From contig CAZTJP010000002.1 of assembly GCA_964613895.1 (NCBI GenBank), positions 1 through 52,173 of the forward strand: 52,173 bases of DNA. The letters run 5' to 3'. Within the stretch, counting starts at the first letter, position 1. Every line of letters starts with the position of its first letter. Below, one piece after another: positions 10,301 through 17,820 of this stretch. The translations under genes and the position numbers were made by a program. The stretch comes from an uncultured Thiotrichales bacterium. GTDB taxonomy: Bacteria; Pseudomonadota; Gammaproteobacteria; UWMA-0217. Below the pieces are notes generated by a model that had not been told where the DNA came from, made no database searches, and saw only the letters and a program-made list of their open reading frames with translations.

Positions 10301-11360
10301 CTTGGTCCAGCAATTGGTAACCCTGCTGGATCTTGCGGCCGTGAGCTGCCCGTTTACGCGCCAGGCGGGCACGGCGCTCGGCTGCCCGTTGACGGGCTTC
10401 GGCGGCGCGCAGTTCCTCTTCGGTGGGTGGGGGCGCTGGCAGTGCCTGCCTCTTGGCGATGATCTCGTTATCACCGGGATGTTTCTTCAGAAATGCGTCG
10501 TAGAGATCGCGCTCGGCCTGGGTCGCATTGAGCCACAACAGGGCTTGACGCCAGGCTTCGACGGCTTCCCGGGCAAATTTGGGTTTCTCCGCCAGCACTT
10601 CCAGCATACGAATGCCATCACGCCGGGTCGCTTCACGGTAAGTCTTGAGTTTGGCCAGCGGGAAGGTGTATTCGTCGATGTCGGGATAACGCTGGTGCAA
10701 TGTGGACAGTTCGTTGTGCACCGAAGTCCAGTTATCGTCGGAGCCACCCAGCCAGGAGACGGCTTCCAGCCAGGCACGCCGCGCCTCACGCCCAATGGTC
10801 GGGTCGTCACGCAGTGCCTGGAGCATTTTGATGCCTTGGATGCGTGTCGGTTCCTGAAATGTCAGTGCGGTCGCCAGCATGTATTGGTAACGCTTGCTGG
10901 AAGGGTAGAGGCGTGTCAGCCGTTCGAGTTCCTGGCGAGCGGTTTGCCAGCCTTCCGGTGTGCCCGCCATGGTCAGATAGTATTCGGCCGCCAGAAAGGA
11001 ACTGGGCGGTTTGCCGTCACTGGCGGCGAAAGCCCGCTGATAAAGGTTGAGTGCCTGCCTGGGCTTGCCCAGACGAGCGGTTTTGCGCGCCTTTTCCAGT
11101 AATGCCTTATCGACAGCCTCGACCTGCGCGGCGTTGAGTTCTTCGAGTGCCTTTTTGGCTTCGGCATTGTCAGGATCGATCAGCAAGACCTTGCGCCAGG
11201 CTTCGGCCGAGAAGTCGGGTCGTCCCTGTTCGTACCAGTAGTGTCCCTGGCTCAGCAACTGGTCGATGTCGGTCTGGCTCGCGGCGGATGCGGTACTGCT
11301 GGCGCCGGCCAATACGGCGGCGATGCACAATCCGAGCATATTCTTGTTGAATGGCTTCAT
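7392..11360 (-). CDS. bcsC: Cellulose synthase operon protein C (TPR array plus C-terminal beta-barrel), copy 1
   Basis: Start taken at MKPFNKNMLGLCIAAVLAGASSTASA (signal peptide). Long TPR region and a C-terminal porin-like domain ending ...AGIFLRRYQ. The architecture parallels the second copy at 41615..45187. Confidence 0.9.
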   Translation of the reverse strand: MKPFNKNMLGLCIAAVLAGASSTASAASQTDIDQLLSQGHYWYEQGRPDFSAEAWRKVLLIDPDNAEAKKALEELNAAQVEAVDKALLEKARKTARLGKPRQALNLYQRAFAASDGKPPSSFLAAEYYLTMAGTPEGWQTARQELERLTRLYPSSKRYQYMLATALTFQEPTRIQGIKMLQALRDDPTIGREARRAWLEAVSWLGGSDDNWTSVHNELSTLHQRYPDIDEYTFPLAKLKTYREATRRDGIRMLEVLAEKPKFAREAVEAWRQALLWLNATQAERDLYDAFLKKHPGDNEIIAKRQALPAPPPTEEELRAAEARQRAAERRARLARKRAAHGRKIQQGYQLLDQELSDEAIAQFQRLLEHNPRDAEALKGLGIAHLRLQNFKEAERYLSLAIEAAPRRNADLQQPLEEARFWAIFSDASWAYKQGETDKARDLALQALAMRPDHPDTLLLLARIAAGEKDNATAKQYFEQVLAVQPDNRDAQEGLAGALAGMGDMEAAGRIIHRYNLPDSDYLSYRNMVEAAALRAEAGQARSNEEAIKLLTRAQRLQPQDPWIRLDLARHYRKAGRPKIALSLLDQLISMYPNYPEAYHAKALYHAQFNELFEGLVALESIPPAYRNKREAALYREVYRQLWIKQKKLEADQLVAIGDYGAVRDIIDTMKIVEQSDPSAMLIRAELLADIGDVNEAMKIVNQVKTLSTPDDIAFKTQLATVLLKARETDMLESVLADLEARKDSMDFAQQDDLAHLKLGMSLQKADDLRKQRRYKEALAVLEPMRKRFEKNLELKLSRATIYKESGQHDKAQKLYREILFADPNYRAAYAGLAGSLMEQARFTKAREVVDKGLRTVLEAPELLALRGKLKLLKGDYNGAAQDLQQSLFDDYDDRTYNSPETGSGGGDTLGNARPGSWQFEARKDLRRLNNRKLNNVLGGVGLRQRDGDEGIDKLTEVSVPLLMKNYRDYQSASGLSVRAVSVDAGTARPEVGAPNRIGALVLARESDDPRERDPVINNAYSFSDVGIGVNGFIQGRNYKLDLGVTPIGFRINTLLGGLHWQHRSYRSRFGAHVTRRAVKDSLLSYAGLKDPDTKQEWGAVAKTGFNVDFTLGDEKAGFYGDLGAHIYDGQAVADNSSAEAKAGFYFKLFDNGSTRFTTGLNGRWMAYEKNLNFFTLGHGGYFSPQQYVNVSLPLDFQMDRGPLSLRLGADLGQQKFRTDAVDVFPIDPPLQTRLQEIHDTVNSAVRTQYDAEDKNEFVYNIHAELEYAIGRQYALGGWLSGTDVNDFREFQAGIFLRRYQLPRTDIFPQHRDDVEDRLHELW

Positions 11361-11797
11361 AGAACTCCGAACTCCTACCTTCCACAGAGTGTCAGCGGGA
11401 CTGACGTGTATAGTACGCTGCGGCACTGTTACCCGTTTTCAGCGACGAGGGAGTGAAGCAGTCAACGTTTTCGCCAATTTCCGGCGGGAGACAGTCAAAA
11501 TTTAGAAACAATCGGCAATTTCAATGAGGATTGGGTCACAGTCCCGACCGGTTACCGCCCGATCGTGCCACTGAGCCGGTGGATTTGACCGGGTTGGTAA
11601 TCGTCCATCCCGAATTCAATGGCTTACGCTTTTTGTGAAACGCATTGCAGACAGTATCGGAAGGCTTCCATTAGGCTAATATCGATATCAATCGGCCGGA
11701 TGGCGCATTTTTTCCACCGTCCGCGACTTTTGGGCTTTGTTTTCGCCAGGTTGGGCTGACCGGCGAAATCACGATCAACAATAAACCGGGATCTGGC

Positions 11798-14700
11798 GTG
11801 AATAACCACTTACCCCCAAGCATGAGAGAACCACAGAAACAGGAAGGCGTGAAAATCGTCATCCAATGGCTGGCATTGGTGATTGCGCTGGGATTGATCC
11901 TGCTGATCAGCACCGTTCCGCTGGGGCTGACCGAGCAACTGGTATTCGCCATGCTGGCCATGGGCTTCACCTTTCTGGTGCGGCCGGAGAATGATAAGTC
12001 ACGTTTCCGCCTGATTTTGCTGATGCTGGTGTCGTTCGGCATCACTTGCCGGTACATCTATTGGCGGATCACGGTGTCGATGGGCTGGTTCGATCCCGAT
12101 GTGCATCTGACATTCTGGGATCATTTTTTCTCGATCGGTTTGTTACTGGCGGAAGTCTATGCCTGGTCGGTACTGTTTCTGGGTTTTATCCAGAGTATCT
12201 GGCCATTACGCCGCCCGGTGCTGCCGTTGCCGGTGGACAGAAGCGCCTGGCCCACGGTCGATGTCTATATTCCCACCTACAACGAACCGCTGGATATCGT
12301 CATACCCAGCATTCTCGCCGCCCGCGATCTCGACTGGCCGGAAGACAAGCTCAATGTCTATGTGCTCGATGATGGCTGTCGGCCTGAATTCGAAGCCTTT
12401 GCCCGCAAGGTCGGCGTGCGCTATATCCAACGTAAGGACAGTGCTGGCGCCAAGGCCGGAAATATCAACAATGCGTTGCGGATCACCGACGGCGAATATA
12501 TTGCGATTTTCGACAGCGATCATGCACCCGTTCGGTCCTTCCTGCGCAAGACCATGGGCTGGTTCCTGCGGGACGGTAATCTGGGGCTGTTGCAAACCCC
12601 CCATCTGTTCTTCACCCCCGACCCGGTGGAACGCAATCTCGGCATCTACAAGAAAGTGCCGAACGAGGGCCAGCTTTTCTACGGTTTGGTGCAGGATGGC
12701 AACGATAACTGGAATGCGGCATTCTTCTGCGGATCCTGCGCGGTGCTGCGTCGTCAGGCGCTCGATGAAATCGGTGGCATCACCGCGGATACCGTAACCG
12801 AAGATGCGCATACTTCGCTGAAGATGCACAAACAGGGCTGGAATTCGGCCTACCTCAATATGCCGCTGGCCGCCGGGCTGGCCACCGAGAAACTGTCGCA
12901 ACACATTGGTCAGCGCCGCCGTTGGGCCCGTGGCATGATCCAGATCTTCCGCAAGGACAATCCACTGTTCGCGCGTGGTCTGAGTTTGTTGCAACGGCTC
13001 AGCTACTTCAATGCCATGCTGCACTTTCTGTTCAGCGTGCCACGGCTGGTATTTCTGACCGCACCACTGGCCTATCTGCTTTTCCAGGTACATGTCATTC
13101 AGGCATCGGCTGCGATGATCGCCGTATACGCCTTGCCGCACATCTTCCAGGCCCATATCGCCAATGCCGCCATGCAGGGGCGTTTCCGCCACAGCTTCTG
13201 GGCCGAGGTCTATGAAACGATTCTGGCGCCGCATATCGTCATTCCGACGATTGCCGCATTCTTCGCACCCAACCGCGGCAAGTTCAATGTCACCAGCAAG
13301 GGAGGCGTGGTCTCGCGCGATCATTTCGACTGGTCGTCCGCCGGGTTCATCTTCGTGCTGTTGCTGCTCAATATTCTGGGACTGGTGTTCGCCTATTTTC
13401 GGTATTTCTACTGGAACACCTTCGAAACCGACACCGTGCTGCTGAATTTCGGCTGGACCGTCTATAACACCATCATCATTGGCGCCGCGCTGGCGGTGGC
13501 CTGGGAGAAGCGTCAGCGGCGCAAGCATCCCCGCATCGAACGCACGTTTCCTGCCCAGGTCATGACGGCTGACGGACGACGCTTCGAGGCGATGACCAAG
13601 GATCTCTCGATTGGAGATCTGAGTCTCGAACTGAAAGGATCGGCCCCCGTGCAGCCACATGAATTCGTGGATATCCTGCTGTCCGACAAAGGGGAGAAGC
13701 CATTGCGTTTCCGTGCCCGTGTCGCAACATGCTCGGCTGATCGCATCGGTGTGGTGTTCGAAGAACTGACGGCCAATCAGTTGGCGAAACTGGTATATCT
13801 GGCCCACGGCAAGGACAAGGCCTGGAACGCCTGGTATCTCGCCTGTGAACCGAGCAAGCCGCTACGCTCGTTCCTGGAGATCGTACGCTTTGGCATTCTG
13901 GGTGCGTTCAAGGCCCTGTTCAAACGCGAGAAAACCGAATCGGGCGCACAGCTCAAACCGCGTTTCGCCGTACTTGGCTGGGTGGTATTGCTGATCGTAC
14001 TGGCAATTGGCGGCTACCTCTATCCCCAGTACAGCAACGCGGCTGAGACGCCTGCTTCGGACACACAGGCTGGCCAGACGCTGATGTTCAGGTTGGCAGA
14101 TCTGGGCAGGGACAAGGATATCGCCCTGCGTGGTGGCAATACGGACGAAGATGTCTGGTTCTCACTGCCCACCGAACTGGTCGTCAAACAGGCCGATTTC
14201 GAACTCGGCTTTGCGCTTTCCGGTGCATTGTTGCGGGATTACAAGGCGTTGCAGGTTCGCCTGAATGAACATGAGATCGGCCAGATTCCGCTCAATGAAA
14301 TCACCACAGAGTCGCCTTATCGCAATACTTTCAGGATCGATCCGTTGCTGGTCAGTTCCAACAACCGGCTGTCGTTCAGGTTGTTACCGAAACAGCCGGA
14401 CTATTGTGAACGCCTCGATCCCGCAGCGGCCCAGGCGCTGATATCCAATCAAAGCCGGATCCGATTGCGAGCGGAGCGTATCAATCTGGTCAACGATCTG
14501 GCGTTGTTGCCCATTCCTTTTTTCGATGCCAAAGCCAGCAAGCGACAGCCCTTGCCGTTCGTGTTTCCGGCGGCGCTTGCCTCTGACATGACCACGCTGC
14601 GCGCGGCGGGAGTGCTGTCTTCCTGGTTCGGTGTGAAAGGTGGATGGAAAAGTGGTGATTTCCCTGTGCTGGTCGATCAATTGCCCAATCACCACGCCGT

Positions 14701-16222
14701 GGTCTTCGCGACCGCGGATGCACATCCGGCCTATCTCGATGGGCTGGAAATCGAGGGCCCTGGCGTTGCCATCGTCTCCCATCCGCAGCAGCCGGCGACC
14801 AAACTGCTGGTCATCATGGGGGTGAACAACGATCAATTGCTGGACGCGGTCGATACGCTGATCGCCAGCGCCGGACAGGGAACGCTGTCCGGTAGTCGGG
14901 TCGATTTTCCTTCACCGGCAAAACCTCAACGACGCGCGCCCTATGATGCGCCTTCGTGGCTGGCGACCGGGCAGATCAACCGTTTCGGGGACTTCATCGA
15001 ACCCGGTGCTTTGACGGTCAAGGGTCTGTTTCATGCTGATATCCCCGTCAAGTTTCGCGTGCCGCCCGATTTGTACGCGCTCGACGGCCATGATCCCAAT
15101 GTTTCCCTCGGGTTCGGTTTTTCCGGATTCCGGCCTGCCAGTGACAGTCGCCTGGATGTGATGCTCAACGGGGAAGGGCTGAATCAGTTCGAACTGAAGC
15201 CTGTTGCCAACACCGATCATGGCCAGGATTCAGATGCGCAAGCAGCGGTGGCAGGCAAACGGCAGGTCTCCTTTGCGCTGCCCCTGGGCAAGCTCGCCGG
15301 TGAGAATACGCTGTCACTGTTTTTCGATTTCCGCGCGGATGATGATAACCGCGTTTGTCTCAATCAGGGACAGTCGGGCATTTCCGGCACGATCGATCCC
15401 GATTCGACGATCGATCTCAAGGGATTCTCCCATTATGGAAAATTTCCCGACCTCAAAAGTTTTGCCCGGCTCGGTTTCCCGTTCACCCGACTGGCTGACC
15501 TGAGCGAGACTGCCGTTGTGCTCAGCGAAAATCCCGGCAAGGATGACGTGTACGCTTTTCTCAATCTGATGGCCAAGGCAGGCGCTTCGACCGGGCTGCC
15601 GGCCTTCCGGGTGGCCGTCACCACTAGCGGCGATGTCACCCGTTATGCCGACAGGGATCTGCTGTTGTTGGGCAGTTATCGGGAAAACCGCCTGTTGCAA
15701 AGTTGGAGCGATGCGATGCCGGTCTCCATTCACGATGGCCGCTGGACTGCGCGTCGAACCGGTCTGTTTGAGAAACTCGAGCACCTCTTCAGCAGTCAAC
15801 CGCTGAACGACACGGCAGATGCGGAAAGTTATCTCGATGACCAGGTCGAGGGCAGTGTCATTCTCATGGGCTTTCGCTCACCACTGAATTCGTCTCGCAA
15901 CGTGGTGGCTCTGACCGCTCGCGAGGCCAGCAGCCTGCCGGGCTATGTCACTTCCCTGTTCGATGAGGGATTTGCGCGGGCGATTCGAGGGGAAGTTTCG
16001 GTAGCCGGTCGATCCGAGGTCGCCAACTTTACGCTGTTTCCTTCGTATTATCTTGGCGACCTGCCGTGGTTCACCAGTCTGCGACTGATGATGGCGCGCC
16101 ATGTGCTGTTGCTGTTCCTGGTCTTTCTCACCGCCGTGCTGGTCGCGGGATGGAGTTACACCGGCCTGCTGAAAAGGCACGCCCGGGCACGTATATCGAA
16201 CGCATCAACCGTTCGGGCCTGA
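11798..16222 (+). CDS. bcsA: Fused cellulose synthase catalytic subunit BcsA plus c-di-GMP-regulated subunit BcsB (AcsAB-type), copy 1
   Basis: 1474 aa. GT2 motifs: YVLDDG, FDSDH, QTPH, TEDAHTS, QRRRWARG (QxxRW). PilZ segment: RRKHPR...DLSIGD. Then a linker TM (about 13960..14030), a BcsB-like periplasmic region and a C-terminal TM anchor. GTG start; an alternative ATG is at 11822. Confidence 0.9.
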   Translation: MNNHLPPSMREPQKQEGVKIVIQWLALVIALGLILLISTVPLGLTEQLVFAMLAMGFTFLVRPENDKSRFRLILLMLVSFGITCRYIYWRITVSMGWFDPDVHLTFWDHFFSIGLLLAEVYAWSVLFLGFIQSIWPLRRPVLPLPVDRSAWPTVDVYIPTYNEPLDIVIPSILAARDLDWPEDKLNVYVLDDGCRPEFEAFARKVGVRYIQRKDSAGAKAGNINNALRITDGEYIAIFDSDHAPVRSFLRKTMGWFLRDGNLGLLQTPHLFFTPDPVERNLGIYKKVPNEGQLFYGLVQDGNDNWNAAFFCGSCAVLRRQALDEIGGITADTVTEDAHTSLKMHKQGWNSAYLNMPLAAGLATEKLSQHIGQRRRWARGMIQIFRKDNPLFARGLSLLQRLSYFNAMLHFLFSVPRLVFLTAPLAYLLFQVHVIQASAAMIAVYALPHIFQAHIANAAMQGRFRHSFWAEVYETILAPHIVIPTIAAFFAPNRGKFNVTSKGGVVSRDHFDWSSAGFIFVLLLLNILGLVFAYFRYFYWNTFETDTVLLNFGWTVYNTIIIGAALAVAWEKRQRRKHPRIERTFPAQVMTADGRRFEAMTKDLSIGDLSLELKGSAPVQPHEFVDILLSDKGEKPLRFRARVATCSADRIGVVFEELTANQLAKLVYLAHGKDKAWNAWYLACEPSKPLRSFLEIVRFGILGAFKALFKREKTESGAQLKPRFAVLGWVVLLIVLAIGGYLYPQYSNAAETPASDTQAGQTLMFRLADLGRDKDIALRGGNTDEDVWFSLPTELVVKQADFELGFALSGALLRDYKALQVRLNEHEIGQIPLNEITTESPYRNTFRIDPLLVSSNNRLSFRLLPKQPDYCERLDPAAAQALISNQSRIRLRAERINLVNDLALLPIPFFDAKASKRQPLPFVFPAALASDMTTLRAAGVLSSWFGVKGGWKSGDFPVLVDQLPNHHAVVFATADAHPAYLDGLEIEGPGVAIVSHPQQPATKLLVIMGVNNDQLLDAVDTLIASAGQGTLSGSRVDFPSPAKPQRRAPYDAPSWLATGQINRFGDFIEPGALTVKGLFHADIPVKFRVPPDLYALDGHDPNVSLGFGFSGFRPASDSRLDVMLNGEGLNQFELKPVANTDHGQDSDAQAAVAGKRQVSFALPLGKLAGENTLSLFFDFRADDDNRVCLNQGQSGISGTIDPDSTIDLKGFSHYGKFPDLKSFARLGFPFTRLADLSETAVVLSENPGKDDVYAFLNLMAKAGASTGLPAFRVAVTTSGDVTRYADRDLLLLGSYRENRLLQSWSDAMPVSIHDGRWTARRTGLFEKLEHLFSSQPLNDTADAESYLDDQVEGSVILMGFRSPLNSSRNVVALTAREASSLPGYVTSLFDEGFARAIRGEVSVAGRSEVANFTLFPSYYLGDLPWFTSLRLMMARHVLLLFLVFLTAVLVAGWSYTGLLKRHARARISNASTVRA

Positions 16223-16333
16223 TCGTGGCAACCGAAATGGCGTCCTGTACTGGCTGAACCATTCAGCACCGATTCATGCATGAAGGGGTTTACTGACGAT
16301 CGATCCTGATCGAGGCAAAGCCCCTTCGTTGAC

Positions 16334-17107
16334 ATGTATTGGAAGCCGTTCTGGTTGGTCTGTCTGCTGAGCCTGGGCAGTCTGGTGACTGTCGAAGCCG
16401 CTACCGCAGGGCCCTGGACGAATGCCATCAGCGTTACACGGGAATATCGAGGTGATCCTGCGCAGCCTGCGTTGCAGGCCCATGAGTCACTGCAGCGGGT
16501 GCCGATGGTGTTATCTGGCCCGCGGCGGGAATCGCATGTCTTCGCGAGCGGCATCGGGGCGCGCTCGGGCATTGCATCCTATCCTTGTCCTGTCGCACCA
16601 CGTTTGGGCCAGGTCGCGGTCAGCCTCGATGACGACACCGACCGGGATGGCTATTTTTCCTTTTTCTCGCTGCGCTTTGTGCCACGGGGCTATTGCCAGC
16701 ACCGTTATGTCTTCGCGCGCCTGTTTCTCAGTTATGAAGGCGGACCCTGGAACCTGTTGTACCGAACCCATGCCTGGGAAGGCGGATCCGGCGCCGATCC
16801 GATCATGCTCGATACGCGACTCCAGCAAAACTATCCCACCGGTTTCTACGACCTGCTGATTGAGCTCTACGATGCGGCCGATGGCCGCTGGCTGCTCAGC
16901 GAGGGGCCCTACGAAACTGCGGCGTTGCGTTCGCTTCCACTCGAAGCGGAATCGCTGGACGTGTTTGACACGGGTCCCCGGCTCGGCTACGTCTTCTATG
17001 GAACAGGCGCGATTGGTGTTGAATGGCTGATGCTATTGCTGACGGTCATCTGGCGTCGTTTGGCCAACCGCCGACGTTTCCGTCGGAACGCGGTTTTTTT
17101 AGGATAG
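16334..17107 (+). CDS. Exported hypothetical protein with a C-terminal TM helix plus Arg-rich tail
   Basis: Signal peptide MYWKPFWLVCLLSLGSLVTVEA. The C-terminus GTGAIGVEWLMLLLTVIWRRLANRRRFRR resembles protein-sorting (GlyGly-/PEP-CTERM-class) tails. No family recognised for the core. Confidence 0.55.
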   Translation: MYWKPFWLVCLLSLGSLVTVEAATAGPWTNAISVTREYRGDPAQPALQAHESLQRVPMVLSGPRRESHVFASGIGARSGIASYPCPVAPRLGQVAVSLDDDTDRDGYFSFFSLRFVPRGYCQHRYVFARLFLSYEGGPWNLLYRTHAWEGGSGADPIMLDTRLQQNYPTGFYDLLIELYDAADGRWLLSEGPYETAALRSLPLEAESLDVFDTGPRLGYVFYGTGAIGVEWLMLLLTVIWRRLANRRRFRRNAVFLG

Positions 17108-17247
17108 ACGGAAATCTCAGGTATACTAGCGCCGATTTCTTGCCGGCCTCGCTGTGAGGCCAACCAAATGAACCTGCATATTGAACAGGTGGAGGCGTTT
17201 TCGCGGATGACTGTACAGGTCCCTGGGCATATCGGGAGGCTTTTTTC

Positions 17248-17820
17248 ATGACGGCGGAGTCCGCAGAGGCGGTAACCTCGCCGGAGAACCGAGAAAGCGC
17301 CGATCAACGGGCTGGTTCATGGGCGATCAATCTGCTGGTGCTGCTGGCGCTCGGGCTGATCTACAGCGCCCTGATCATGGATGACCACGTCGCGCCAGCT
17401 GTGACCCGTTCACCGAACAGTGCTTCACTGGCGGCTGGTGATGCAGCCAGGAGCTGGCTGAAACAGCAACGCGCTGCCGGCAAGGCTGGTGATCTCGAAA
17501 GTGTCTACACCCAGGCGCGCCGTTTCGATGCCGACGGCAAGCGTACCGATGCGTATCTGCTGTATTTTTATGCGGCCAGAAAAGGGCATGGCCTGTCGGC
17601 CATGGCGCTGGCGCATGATTCCGATCCGGTTGGTTTCTCTCCCGACAACTCCATCACTGGCGTGGCTGCGCCTTTCGAAGCCTATAAATGGTACAAGGTC
17701 GCGGAGAAAGCGGGCGTAAGCGAAGCAACCGGCAAACTCGCCAGCCTTGAACAATGGGCCAGAGCCGAAGCCCGCAAGGGCAACCCACAAGCACAAAGGA
17801 TCCTGTTGTTATGGCAATGA
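17248..17820 (+). CDS. Membrane-anchored Sel1-like repeat protein
   Basis: GGGAGG RBS. N-terminal TM (WAINLLVLLALGLIYSALI). Sel1-type repeats (AYLLYFYAARKGHGLSAMALA; AYKWYKVAEKAGVSEA; GNPQAQRILLLW). Confidence 0.6.
   Translation: MTAESAEAVTSPENRESADQRAGSWAINLLVLLALGLIYSALIMDDHVAPAVTRSPNSASLAAGDAARSWLKQQRAAGKAGDLESVYTQARRFDADGKRTDAYLLYFYAARKGHGLSAMALAHDSDPVGFSPDNSITGVAAPFEAYKWYKVAEKAGVSEATGKLASLEQWARAEARKGNPQAQRILLLWQ

Noticed and set aside
11361-11797. A c-di-GMP riboswitch upstream of bcsAB copy 1. The region upstream of copy 2 (50803..51139) was also checked.
   Set aside because: Neither spacer shows the conserved GEMM-I/II core sequences or the paired tetraloop/receptor hairpins by eye. 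A covariance-model scan would be needed for certainty.
12206-13807. A 533-aa minus-strand ORF, and similar long ORFs at 43310..45283(+), 48811..50115(+), 39518..40771(-), 22650..23627(-), 1626..2462(-), 3970..4755(-), 20425..21252(-), 28063..28806(-), 31421..32215(-) and 33444..34301(-).
   Set aside because: Each lies antisense to, or out of frame with, a gene with clear family motifs (bcsAB, bcsC, norD, etc.). Their translations are Arg/Gly/Pro/His-rich with no motifs. This is the usual shadow-ORF pattern of GC-rich DNA.
16253-16327. Hairpins after bcsAB copy 1 (GCTGAA-cca-TTCAGC at 16253..16267; a compound stem at 16282..16327), considered as a terminator.
   Set aside because: No T-tract follows either hairpin, and the second abuts the next ATG. 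They are noted only as context for the 16334 ORF and are not called as a terminator.
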